Assembly: GCA_951406725.2 (NCBI GenBank)
Contig: OX597819.1
Location: 31,372,001-31,436,000 of the forward strand
Length of the DNA: 64,000 nucleotides
Reading direction: 5' to 3'
Origin: Octopus vulgaris
Lineage: Eukaryota
Shown here: in pieces, positions 37,274 to 49,433 of the stretch
Position numbering within the stretch: position 1 is the first letter of the stretch
How the letters are laid out: each line of letters opens with the position of its first letter
Notes under the pieces: generated by a model
The model's database searches: none
Seen by the model: only the letters and a program-made list of their open reading frames with translations
Told to the model about the DNA's origin: nothing
Made by a program: the position numbers and the translations under genes

Positions 37274-37901
37274 GTAAGTTTTGTTATTTTATAAATTGCA
37301 TTGAGATATAATTTCTGCCAGCTCTCCACCTTGTAGTCTGTACGTTTCTGAGTTCAAATCATGTTGATGTCAAGCTTGTCTTTCACCATTCCAGGATCAA
37401 ATACAACTGTCGATTCACCTATCCAGAACTTCACCATGGGTCTATGTAGCATATTTTTTTTTATATAAAGACAAAGGCTGTGTATTTTAGGGGCCAATAC
37501 TGTGGTAATGTGCAGCATTAACCAGGTCTGAAAACATTTTGTTGTTTAAGAGACATGTTGAAAGGAGAGGGTGGATCAGACTCTTCAACCATGTCTACAA
37601 GTGAGATGTGCATGAAAGAGGTATAGGGAAGCAAGTGACATGCTAATAAGGTTGGGATGTCACAGAAACCAAAAGAAAAGGTGTTCTACCTCTTTTACTC
37701 TTTTATTTGTTTCAGTCATTTGACTGCGGCCATGATGGAGCACCGCCTTTAGTTGAGCAAGTCGACCCCCAGGACTTATTCTTTGTAAGCCCAGTACTTA
37801 TTCTATCGGTCTCTTTTGCCGAACCGCTAAGTGACGTGGACGTAAACACACCAGCATCGGTTGTCAAGCAATGCTAGGGGGACAAACACAGACACACACA
37901 A

Positions 37902-37936
<35 letters not shown>

Positions 37937-40310
37937 CATATATACGACAAGCTTCTTTCAGTTTCCGTCTACCAAATCCACTCACAAGGCATTGGTTGGC
38001 CTGGGGCTATAGCAGAAGACACTTGCCCAAGATGCCACGCAGTGGGACTGAACCTGCAACCATGTGGTTGGTGAGCAAGCTACTTACCACACAGCCACTC
38101 CTGCGCCTATGTAAGAAGTGCTATGATTCTTAGGAGTTAGAAAAGGGTAATGATTATTGAGCAGTAGAGAAGGGTGGAAAGAAGGGACACGAGACCGAGT
38201 CAATGGATGAGTGGACTGTAGTTTAGGGAGAGGAAGACAATGAATTATAGAGCTGGTGATAGATGTGGGGAAGAGAAATTGGATGAAATAGCTGGATCAT
38301 GTGCTGAGGATTAATGAAAGTGGTTACTCTTTACTCTTTTACTTGTTTCAGTCATTTGACTGTGGCCATGCTGGAGCACTGCCTTTAATCGAACAACTCG
38401 ATCCCGAGACTTATTCTTTGTAAGTCCAGTACTTATTCTGTTGGTCTCTTTTGCCGAACCACCAAGTGACGGGGACATAAACACACCAGCATCGGTTGTC
38501 AAGCGATGTTGGGGGGACAAACACAGACGCACAAACATACACGCACACATATATATATATATATACATACATATATACGACGGGCTTCTTTCAGTTTCCG
38601 TCTACCAAATCCACTCACAAGGCTTTGGTCGGCCCGAGGCTATAGTAGAAGACACTTGCCCAAGGTGCCATGCAGTGGGACTGAACCCGGAACCATGTGG
38701 TTGGTAAGCAAGCTACTTACCACACAGCCACTCCTGCGTTGGATGATAAGAATAATGGAAATTAATGCGAAAGCATGTAGAAGAATGAGAAGATCAAAAA
38801 AGACATAGTTAAAGATTCTGGAGAAGTAAATGAAGGCAAGGGGTTGGTGGGAGGGATGTAGAGTATTGTGCAAAACTGAGAAAACTTTCATTGGGATCCA
38901 GAAAGTTCACCACTTCTGTAGAAGGAAAAATGGTTTCAAAATGCTTGTTTTGTTGTTTAACCCTTTAGTGTTCAGATTATTCTATCAAACATAATGCTTA
39001 TTGATTTGAATTAATCATGCATTATCTCATATCTTCAAGATCTTGATGGTGCAATTACTTAATGTAAAATAACATTGTAGGGTAGGTGTGAGAGCCTGGA
39101 TCTGGTCAGTTTGAGCATAAAACAGATTAAATATTTTGGCCGGATAGGGCCGGTTTAAATACTAAAGGGTTAAGAGATATGTTGAAAGGAGAGGGTGGAT
39201 CAGAACCTCTCCTTTCAACTGCACGTATGTGATTACAGCTCTAATCTACTGGTTATATGGTTGTAAGTCCATATCTTACAACAGTCTTTTGTTGTATTGT
39301 TGGGCAAGGTTTACAGCTGAATCAGTCTGGCTGACAAATGGTTCCAGAAAAATTGGCTTCACAATAATTACTTAAAAAAAAACTCACCACCACCACCACA
39401 ATCAATAATAATAATGATAATGATTTCAAATTTCAGCACAAGGCCAGCAACATTTGGGCGAGGGGTAAGTTGATTACATCAACCCCAGTGCTCAACTGGT
39501 ACTTATTTTATCGACCCTGAAAGGATGATGGGCGCAAAGTCAACCTTGGCAGAATTTGAACTTAGAACATGAGGATGAATGAAATACTGTTAAGCATTTT
39601 CCCTGGTATGCTAACAATTCTGCCAGCTTGTCACCTTCAAATTTTGGTACAAGGCCAGCAATTTTGGAGACGGGGTAAATTGATTACATCAACCTCAGTG
39701 CTCAACTGGTACATATTTTATCATCTCTAAAAGTCAGCTTTGGCAGATTTTGGACTTGGAACGTGAGGATGGATGAAATGCCACTAAGTGTTTTGTCCAG
39801 ACTGCTAATGATTCTACTAGTTCACTGCCTTAATAATAATAATAATAATAAATACCCTGATGCAGTACCAGGCAGTAACTCTCACGGTTTCTGATCTTAA
39901 CTGATTGGAAGTGTTATCATGTACATTGTTTTGTCTTGGTATAAAAGATGGGCTACAGCAAATATTCTGCTCAATACCACAGATTTGCTTGTCAGTTGCT
40001 TGACCGTAACCAGTTGAGCATGTCCCTTAGTGGCTGATGATATGTGCATCTCTGATCATGAGCATAAGTCATGGGTGAGCATCATAGCCATGTGTCGAGA
40101 GGAATTCTTTGGGGTTTGAATAATTCACCTCTGGAAACATGAGTGTTTCGTTCAACATCATTAAATGACCCTTATTCAGGGACCTTTTGAGCAGGCTGGC
40201 TTACTTGACCTGAAGAAAATTTTAACTGGGCTTCACATTCAAGGTTATGCACTGTTTATCTTGATATGAGATCACCATGTCATGCACATATTGTTGTGAT
40301 GCACGTGCCT

Positions 40311-40592
40311 CATCATCATCATTGTTCGACCGTGGTCGAGACAATGGAATTTACCATGCTACGCCAGACTTCACGGTCCATCATAGCATTACGGAGGTCC
40401 TGTTGCTGGATGCCTGTATCCCTGGAGATTACATCAGGGTAGGAGAGTGTGCACCCTCTGGTATTGCGAGTAGATGGCTTCCAGAGGAGAAGAGTAGAAA
40501 TTGCTTCGTTTCCGGCTCTACAACAATGTCCAGCAGACTGGACTCTTCTACCTTTCACAAGAGATGACACAGGTGGTAGTTTCCCATATATT
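40311..40592 (-). mobile_element. 5'-truncated RTE-group LINE nested in another repeat
   Basis: IYGKLPPVSSLVKGRRVQSAGHCCR...LLLWKP...AMMDREVWR; (TGA)n tail; 11-bp TSD TGCA(C/T)GTGCCT at 40300-40310 and 40593-40603. Confidence 0.8.
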
Positions 40593-41189
40593 TGCATGTG
40601 CCTGGTGTTCCCTTATCAGACAGGTAGTCATGATGGGTATACTGGGCTTCATATATTTTATCCCAGTGTCACTTTGATGGCACGCACTTCTCTCTCAATA
40701 ATAAACCTTTCTCTTAGAGGCACAAGGCCTGAAATTTTGTTGTGGGGGGATTAGTCGATTATATAGACCCCAGTGTTTCACTGGTACTTAATTTATGAAC
40801 CCCGAAAGGATGACAAATAAAATCAACTTCAGCAGATTTTGAACTTAGAACATCAGGACAGATGAAATGCCACTAAGCATTTTGGCCAGCGTGCTAATGA
40901 TTCTGTCATCTCACTGCCTTAATAATAATAGTAATAATCCTTTCTATTGTGGGTACGAAGCCTGAAATTTGGGGGAGGTGATAGTCAATTACATTGACCT
41001 CAGTACACAACTGCTACTTAATTTATCAACCCCAAAAAGGATGAAAGGCAAGATTTTGAACTTAGAACGTGAGGATGGATGAAATGCTACCAAGCATTTG
41101 CCTAGCATGTTAATGATTCTGTCAGCTTGCTGCCTTAATAATAATAATAATAATGATAATAATAATAATAATAACAATAATAATAATAA

Positions 41190-41610
41190 TGAGATATGAG
41201 GCTATGGGTGCTTGGTACCAACATAGACCGGAAAAGGTAATGGATGAAAAAGGGAAGGCGAAAATCCTCTGGGACTTTGACTTCCAGACAGACAAGTTAT
41301 CAGAAGGCCGGATATAGTAACCTTTAGGAGGGACAAAGGAGAGTACCTAATAAATGACGTGGCAGTGCCAGGAGATCAACATATGAAAGAAAGAGAAAAG
41401 GTTGATAAATATGGAGACCTGAGAATTGAGATTGCTTAGATGTGGCAGCTACGAGAGTCAAACGTAAAGTTTATCCCTATTGTTATCGGAGCATTGGGCT
41501 CAATACCACCCAATCTGAAAACCAAAAAGAAACATCTGAAAACTTTAGAAATACCCTACAATTCAGGTGTATTGCAAAAGTTGGCATTACTTGGAACTAC
41601 ACACTTGACA
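41190..41610 (+). mobile_element. R4/Dong-like non-LTR retrotransposon fragment (restriction-like endonuclease domain)
   Basis: WYQHRPEKV...ILWDFDFQTD...RPDIV...INDVAVP...EKVDKY.DL...IPIVIGALG...LQK.ALLGT; (AAT)n arrays on both sides. Confidence 0.75.
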
Positions 41611-41683
41611 AACAGTGCAAACCTCCCGTAGACACATCTTCAATCAACAACCTCGTTGATATTGTATACTGTGCGACATCTAT

Positions 41684-41725
<42 letters not shown>

Positions 41726-42534
41726 TATTATTATTATTATTAAAACATCTACTTTTTCATGGTTGCATGGTTCAGAAGAGAGCATGTTCTAGTTCCAGCA
41801 GTATTTTTCTATGGATGAATGCCCTTCCTGTCACCAAACCCCTCCTCCCCCACCCTGTTCCCAATTGGGGTAATATTCTTCCACCCTGTCGAACAACAAA
41901 CAGCCTGAACAGGTATATGAAGTGGAAACAAATGACATTGAAACAAGCCCATTCTTTACAAAGGTCATGCGATATGTAAAGACATGTCAAAAGACGCAGA
42001 CAATATGCTTAGCTTCATTTCATGTCTTGGATCTTTTCGGTTTGAACGGCAGTTTTTTCTAGCGGTGTCATATGAAATTGTCACCCATAATTATGACCCT
42101 AGTATCGATCTATTGCATTTCAATCTGTTTTAGGGTTAGGGTTAGGGTTAGGGGTGGGGGGGAAGGGTATCTTTTTTTCTTCACAAATGTAAATAAACCC
42201 AACCTGTTTCTTAAATGAGGGACATATTCATACGGCACAGAATGTTTTTTTACCTCAATAGACGTCAGTGATTGGTTGAAATTGCAGAAATTGAAGAAAA
42301 AAAACAACAATATATATATAAGTGTGAGTGTGTGTCTGTTTGTCTTGACGTCATGTGATTGTTGTAAATGATTGTCACTGTCATATAAGCTGTGTCGTTC
42401 ATTTCCAATATTCTGTGGGAACCTGTCTGGCCCCATCGTGAAATACTATTTATTACCTTATTTGGAAACGGGGGAGGGTTGGTGACAGGAAGAACGTCCT
42501 GTCTTTGGAAATCTACCTCAGTAAACTCTAACCC

Positions 42535-42554
42535 ATGATGATGGCGAATGATGA

Positions 42555-42586
<32 letters not shown>

Positions 42587-42629
42587 ATGATAATGATGAT
42601 GATGATGATGATGATGATGGTGGCGGCGG

Positions 42630-42660
<31 letters not shown>

Positions 42661-42726
42661 GGTGATGATGATGATGATGATGATGATGATAAGAAGAAGA
42701 AGAAGAACAACAACAACAACAACAAC
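42535..42726. repeat. Compound trinucleotide microsatellite (GAT/GGT/AAG/AAC)
   Basis: Direct inspection; similar tracts at 4335-4435, 6568-6670, 8394-8445, 14990-15073, 41682-41740. Confidence 0.95.
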
Positions 42727-42867
42727 GCTGCTAGCTTTTCCAAATTTCTAGAACTAACTATATTCATGCTTATGTAAAAAAAAAAAGGGGAGCAGGGTTT
42801 AAAAATGGAGAAGAAACAACCAAAACATGCAAATCATTTAAAAATATCTTTGTTTTTATCATTTCAG

Positions 42868-42995
42868 TATTAATTACTGCTTTTGATCTTTCCAACATAT
42901 CTACACTACACACAGCAGTTACCTGGATGACAGATGCTGCCAAAAATGCTGATAATCCTTGTAGATTCTTGGTAGGAACCAAAAAGGATACACTT
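42868..42995 (+). CDS. RAB34: Rab34/36-like coding exon 6 (LITAFDLSNISTLHTAVTWMTDAAKNADNPCRFLVGTKKDTL)
   Basis: G4 box variant GTKKD typical of Rab34/36; TTTCAG acceptor, GTAAGG donor. Confidence 0.93.
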
Positions 42996-43078
42996 GTAAG
43001 GTTTCTTTCTTAAATACAATCCTTTTAACCCTTTCGTTACCGTATTTATTTTGAGATGTTCTTTGTTTCTTTCAATTA

Positions 43079-43464
43079 TCTCTCTCTATATAAACGGTAG
43101 TTTGTCTGTGTGTGTTTCTGTGTGTCTGTTTGCTTGTACCCTCACCGTGACCACGGCTTTCAACCGATTCTGATGAAACTTGACACACACATAGCCCAAT
43201 GTCATAATTCAAAACTAACGCAGCGAAAATTTTGAAAAGTTCCCCCAGTTCTGAAAAAAATCGATAAATTCGACATGGGGTCGAGAATCAGAAACACAAA
43301 CCGCAAACTGTCTAGGGGATGCAACTCCACCTTTTTTTACTCTCAAAAAAAATTTACCATCATTTTTTTCCATTTTTTTTTGCTCTTTTTTGGCTATAAC
43401 TCTCTAAAAATGCTTTATAGTTATTTCCCTTACAAACCTGAGCAACGCCGGGCGATACTGCTAG
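43079..43464 (+). mobile_element. Non-autonomous Helitron nested in a piggyBac-like MITE
   Basis: 5' TC, 3' CTAG preceded by a GC-rich hairpin-like CCTGAGCAACGCCGGG; inserted between host A and T without TSD. Confidence 0.75.
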
Positions 43465-44125
43465 TTTGAAATATAACAAAGAATTTAGTAAAATAACTTC
43501 AATAAGCTAGTGTTAGGAACATAAATTGTGACTAAGCTTTGGTGAAAGATTTTAATTCAAAACTTATGAAAACAAGACATTTGTACTATAGAGCCAGAGG
43601 CGGTTTCAGCCGGGTTGGTAATGAAAGGGTTAAGTGAACTATAAAGCGTGCTATCTGTACATAGCCAAGGATTCAAACATCAATTGCATTACAAATTGAC
43701 TTAGTGTAGCTTGCCTCACTCAAATATATTCCATGCTTGATGGTAGTTGAATGATTAGTATCTTATTGTATCTTGCTTGGCTGAAATATGTTCCATACTT
43801 GTTTGATTGTTGAATGGATCACAGTTGGTTGTATATCTTTATGGTAGCTTTTTCTGGCATTACTCCAACAATATCCAAATGTTGTGAAAAACCACAGCTT
43901 CTTTGCTAGCGAAGAAAAATGAATTTCAAAAGCATAATAAAGTAAAAGAACTAATTTTAATTATTAATAGGTGCTGATGTGAATGTTTAGTAAGAAGCTT
44001 GCTTCCCAACCATATGGTTTTAGGTTCCCTCCTATTGTGTGGCACTTTGGCAAGTGTCTTCTACACTCCAGCCTGACAAAAACCTTATGAAAGGATTTGA
44101 TTGCTGGAAACTAAAAGAAGCTCAT

Positions 44126-44166
<41 letters not shown>

Positions 44167-45218
44167 CTTACTTGGAAATGGATGTGTGGCATTCAGTCAC
44201 ATAATAATATAAATCATATATATATATATATATATATACATATATAGGTGCAGGAGTGGCTGTGTGGTAAGTAGCTTGCTAACCAACCACATGGTTCCGG
44301 GTTCAGTCCCAGTGCGTGGCATCTTGGGTAAGTGTCTTCTGCTATAGCCCCGGGCCGACCAATGCCTTGTGAGTGGATTTGGTAGACGGAAACTGAAAGA
44401 AGCCTGTCGTGTATATGTATATATATATGTATGTGTGTGTGTTTGTGTGTCTGTGTTTGTCTCCCTAGCATTGCTTGACAACCGATGCTGGTGTGTTTAC
44501 GTCCTCGTCACTTAGCGGTTCGGCAAAAGAGACCGATAGAATAAGTACTGGGCTTACAAAGAATAAGTCCCGGGGTCGATTTGCTCGACTAAAGGTGGTG
44601 CTCCAGCATGGCCACAGTCAAATGACTGAAACAAGTAAAAGAGTAAAGAGTAAAGAGTATGCATATATACATATATGTACATACCTACATATATATGTAT
44701 ATACACATGCATATATGGGTACAGGACATCAAAAAAATGTGAACAACATGAAAAACGAGACAGGCAACATAAAGGATAATCCCTTGATGAGTTGTCCCTT
44801 GTTTTATCTACTCCGCATTTTGAATGCTTGGGACAAGATGCGTCTTTGTTAAAACAGTCGTTCTAACAAATTAAATAAAATTTGGGATTTGTGGAGGGTT
44901 AAAGTGGTAACAAAAACAGGAGAGTAAGAAGAAAACATTAAAACCTAACGGTAAGGGCTGATAAGCCATAACAAGATGAAGTGGTGAATGCTGGAGAAAC
45001 GAGCTCTGACAGGAGACGGGCAAAAATGCGTATTGCCTCTTGTAAGGCAAGGAGAAGAAAGAAAGATAGCCACTGGTCACATGTGAGCAATAAGAGAGTC
45101 GAGGAGGAAGAGTAATGGAGAGAGAGGGAGAGGAAGAGAATTGTAAAGGGGAGGAGAATTAGTGAAAGAGTGGGAGAGAAAAATAGAAAGAAAGAATAAG
45201 AGAGGGAGAATAGAGATA

Positions 45219-45261
<43 letters not shown>

Positions 45262-45418
45262 GTGTGTGTGATTGTGTATAGAAGAATATATTAATAAAAA
45301 AATTCCAACCTATATTTTCACGTTTTATTTACAATCTTATAATGATATATTATAAGATAATATATTATAATTGAATAAAATAAAATGAAATAGTAGAATG
45401 TTAAATATTCATTCTGAT

Positions 45419-45463
45419 TGAACTAGTACTTTCATGCATTGAATTCTGCAATCTTCGGGTTCA
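45419..45463 (-). ncRNA. Putative minimal type I hammerhead ribozyme (Penelope-like element type)
   Basis: Minus strand TGAAC-CCGAAGA-T-TGCA-gaattcaa-TGCA-T-GAAA-GTAC-TA-GTTCA: stem I TGAAC/GTTCA, stem II TGCA/TGCA, palindromic stem III AGTACT, CUA triplet. Confidence 0.6.
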
Positions 45464-46431
45464 TGTAGTAGTGTTGACAGTCATGCTTCACAATTTTTGA
45501 CTGTAGCAAGATGAGTGATTCTGTGCTATAAATACAGCTGGGTAGGCTCCAGAGTGCTAGGTTTTGCAAACTGTATTCTGACCAATCAGTGTGTAGTATC
45601 ACTCAATTACTTAAGCTGATTGGTTGGTTGAGCTGATTGGTTTAGGCATCACGCTTTGTTGGACAGGTCAAGAGTCCTGTATCTTGACCCTGGCCGAAGC
45701 AGCAATTGTTGGGTTATTTTTAGAAATGTTGTAAATATCCTTTGTCAGAGATTTTTATATTTTTATATTTCAATTGTCATCATCATCATTGTCAGCACCT
45801 TAATTATTGTTGCTAGTGGTGATGGTGGTGGCAATAGAACTTTTAACCCTAAATAAGATAATTTTCCTGCTATCTTCGTCTTGATCACCTTTAGTATTGT
45901 TGTTGTTGTTAGTGGTCATGGTCGTAGCAGTGGAAGTAATACCTCTAAGTATTATTATTATTGCTTATTTAGCTTGGGTTCGAATTTATCAATAAAATTC
46001 TTTTCTCTGATTTTCCTCTCGATTTCACTTGGGCTGTGTAATTTGTAGAATGGAAATATTATATATGATGACAATTGAAATATAAAAATATAAAAATCTC
46101 TGACAAAGGATATTTACAACATTTCTAAAAATAACCCAACAATTGCTGCTTTCGCCAGGGTCAAGATACAGGACTCTTGACCTGTCCAACAAAGCGTGAT
46201 GCCTAAACCAATCAGCTCAACCAACCAATCAGCTTAAGTAATTGGAGGTGAAAAGCACTCACTACACTCACGGAGTGGCTGGTGTTAAGAAGGGCATCCA
46301 ACTGTGGAAACACTGCCAGATCAAACTGGAGCCTACCCAGCTGTATTTATAGCACAGAATCACTCATCTTGCTACAGTCAAAAATTGTGAAGCATGACTG
46401 TCAACACTACTACATGAACCCGAAGATTGCA
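45447..46431. repeat. Long inverted repeat: 45447-45552/46326-46431 and 45604-45783/46065-46244
   Basis: Arms are almost perfect reverse complements. Confidence 0.92.
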
Positions 46432-46978
46432 TGATGATGATGATGATGATGATGATGATTGTATGTATATGTATGAATGTATGTGTGTAATTCTGTCTTC
46501 TTGCTTTGATATTGCATGGTAGTTGTAATATGAGCGTTACTGTCATACAAGTATCATTATGTCCTCTGTAAATAAAACGTGAAAACATGTCTGGTTGGAG
46601 ATTCATTACCTTACTTGAAAACAGGTGAATATACAGGAAAGGTATCTGGCATAGAAAATTTACCTCTACAAATGTGTGCATGGGAAAGTGAACATTAAAC
46701 TGATGATGATAATGATGATGATAATTAGATAATTAGATGCTAGATTGTTGATCACATGACCATGTATTGTGTTACAGTTTTTGTTCATTAGCTAAATGAA
46801 AACATCCTTGGCACTTGCATAAGTTCATTAGCAACACATAGGTGAAACTATATTGTTGTTTGGGGTGATGTCTGTGTTGTGTTTGAGCTGTGTTTGGTGT
46901 TGTACTGTGTCATTGTTGGCGTCAGTTGTTTTAATTGAGATGCTGTTACAATCTCTCCTAACCTTCTTTCTGTTTCAG

Positions 46979-47065
46979 TCAGAAGCAGCTTATAGGAATG
47001 TAGAACTTCAGGCAATAGCCCAAGCTGGAGTACTTCTCGTGCAGAAAATCCAAGTTTCACGATGA
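46979..47065 (+). pseudogene. Partial duplicate of Rab exon 7 (first 40 nt) with intact acceptor, reading on to a stop
   Basis: 46845-47018 copies 48157-48330; reads SEAAYRNVELQAIAQAGVLLVQKIQVSR-stop. Confidence 0.8.
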
Positions 47066-48290
47066 TTATACTGTCATATGGTTTGGCGAAGAGTAAATAA
47101 GCCAATGGAGAGAAGACAAATAAAATTCGTTAACACATCTTTAATTGTAAGTTACACATGATATTTAAGTAAACTGATTCTCCATTTTCAATGCCAGTCT
47201 ATGCGAAATTCTAAAAGAAAAATTACGTAATATATGTGGTTTTAGGCATTGGATCAGGTTCAACTTTGTCTCAAATGAATTGCATTTCAACCGGATCGGA
47301 TTGTATGGTCCAAGGATGATATGCTTGTAGACATGCAAGTACCCATTAAAATTCATCTTTAGGGATACTTTACTTGTGAAGACCTGTTGAGGCAAGTGAA
47401 AATCAAAATCAAAATCGATCAACATCAATGGAATTTGTAGCTGTGATACCAGTGCCGGTGGCACGTAAGAGAACCATCCGAACATGGCCGTAGCCGGATC
47501 TGCTTGTTTGAGATCTTTGTGGGTTCATGAATCTTAAAGCACCATCCGATCGTGGCCATTTGCCAGCCTCGTCTGGCACGTAAAAAGCACCCACTACACT
47601 CATGGAGTGGTTGGTGTTAGGAAGGGCATCCAGCTGTAGAAACACTGCCAGATCAGACTGGGCCTGGTGCAGCCTTCTGGCTTCCCAGACCCCAGTTGAA
47701 CCGTCCAACCCATGCTAGCATGGAAAGCGGACATTAAACGATGATGATGATGATGATGATATTTTGTCCATAACCATTGGAAAGGAATGTATGTTTACAT
47801 CTGGGGCCTCAATTGGTCATGGTTGAGCATACATCTGTACATGTAGGGTTAGGGTTAGGGTTAGGTATTATTATTATTATTTATTTATTTATTTATTTAT
47901 GTCTGGTCATGGAGAAACATTACCTTACTTGAAAACAGGTGAAGGCTGGAGACAGGAAAGCTATCTGGCCATAGAAAATTTACCTCTACAAATGTGTGCA
48001 TGGGAAAGTGAACATTAAACTGATTATGATAATGATGATGATAATTAGATAATTAGATGCTAGATTGTTGATCACATGACCATGTATTGTGTTATTGTTG
48101 TGTTGTGTGGGCTTGTGTTGACTGTGTTGTATTGCTGTTGGTTGTGTGGTATGGTGTAACTATATTGTTGTTTGGGGTGATGTCTGTGTTGTGTTTGAGC
48201 TGTGTTTGGTGTTGTACTGTGTCATTGTTGGCGTCAGTTGTTTTAATTGAGATGCTGTTACAATCTCTCCTAACCTTCTTTCTGTTTCAG

Positions 48291-48381
48291 TCAGAAGCAG
48301 CTTATAGGAATGTAGAACTTCAGGCAATAGAAGTAGCCAATTCTATAGATGCAGAATATTGGGCTTTGTCCTCTAAAACAG
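48291..48381 (+). CDS. RAB34: Rab34/36-like coding exon 7 (SEAAYRNVELQAIEVANSIDAEYWALSSKTG)
   Basis: AEYWAxSSxTG G5 motif; TTTCAG acceptor, GTAATG donor. Confidence 0.93.
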
Positions 48382-49316
48382 GTAATGCCATTCTATGTTA
48401 TAAGGAGGTATTTGATGACAAACCTAAGCAGATAATCAGATAATGATATCAAATGTCTATCAATACAGGGCAAAGAGCAATTTAAATGGTCAGAATAATT
48501 GTGTAAGGTATTCTAGAATGATCCCTGATAGGGTTGATGTAAAGGCTGATTTGGTCAATTTTGGACATAAAGTTAGGATTAGTGAAAACTCAAGCCATTT
48601 CTAGTTAATGGTGAACCATTAAGGTTCAGTTAATGAATTCCTGATTTTATTTGTCTTTGAGATCAGGTTCAACTTTGTCTCAAATGAATTGCATTTCAAC
48701 CGGATCGGATTATATGGTCCAAGGATGATATGCTCGTAGACATGCAAGTACCCATTAGAATTCATCTTTAGGGATACTTTCTTGAAATATTCTGATTACA
48801 TCTCTTAATAAACAAATTTTCCATTATATTTTTCATTTTTTTTGTAGATCTGCTTGTTTGAGATCTTTTTGGGTTGTATGAATCTTATATTTTTTTGACT
48901 GGCCTCAGTGCCAGTGGCACATAAAAAACACCATCCGATCGTGGCCATTTGCCAGCCTTGTCTGGCACCTGTGCCGGTGGCACGTAAAAAGCACCTACTA
49001 CACTCATGGAGTGGTTGGTGTTAGGAAGGGCATCCAGCTGTAGAAACACTGCCAGATCAGACTGGGCCTGGTGCAGCTTCCTGGCTTCCCAGACTCCAGT
49101 TGAACCGTCCAACCCATGCCAGCATGGAGAGCGGATGTTAAACGATGATGATGATGATGATATTTTGTCCATAACCATTGGAAAGGAACTTTGTTTACAT
49201 CTGGGGCCTCAATTGGTCATGGTTGAGCATACATCTGTACATGTAGGGTTAGGGTTAGGGTTAGGTATTATTATTATTATTTATTTATTTATTTATTTAT
49301 TCTTTTTGTATTGCAG

Positions 49317-49433
49317 GAGAGAATGTTAAAGAATTCTTCTTTCGTGCTGTGTCTTTGGCATTTGACAGAGCTGTCTTAAGAGAACTTGAACCGACTGACG
49401 CTTCTGGCAAAAAAATTGGAAATAATATATTTA
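49317..49433 (+). CDS. RAB34: Rab34/36-like coding exon 8 (ENVKEFFFRAVSLAFDRAVLRELEPTDASGKKIGNNIF)
   Basis: ENVxEFFFR motif; TTGCAG acceptor, GTAAGT donor. Confidence 0.93.

Noticed and set aside
42535-42777. Asp/Gly-rich ORFs (also 6546-6806, 4175-4543)
   Set aside because: Trinucleotide microsatellites within introns.
44715-44900. Possible third hammerhead/Penelope remnant
   Set aside because: Core CTGANGA/GAAA boxes are not recognisable; too degenerate to call.
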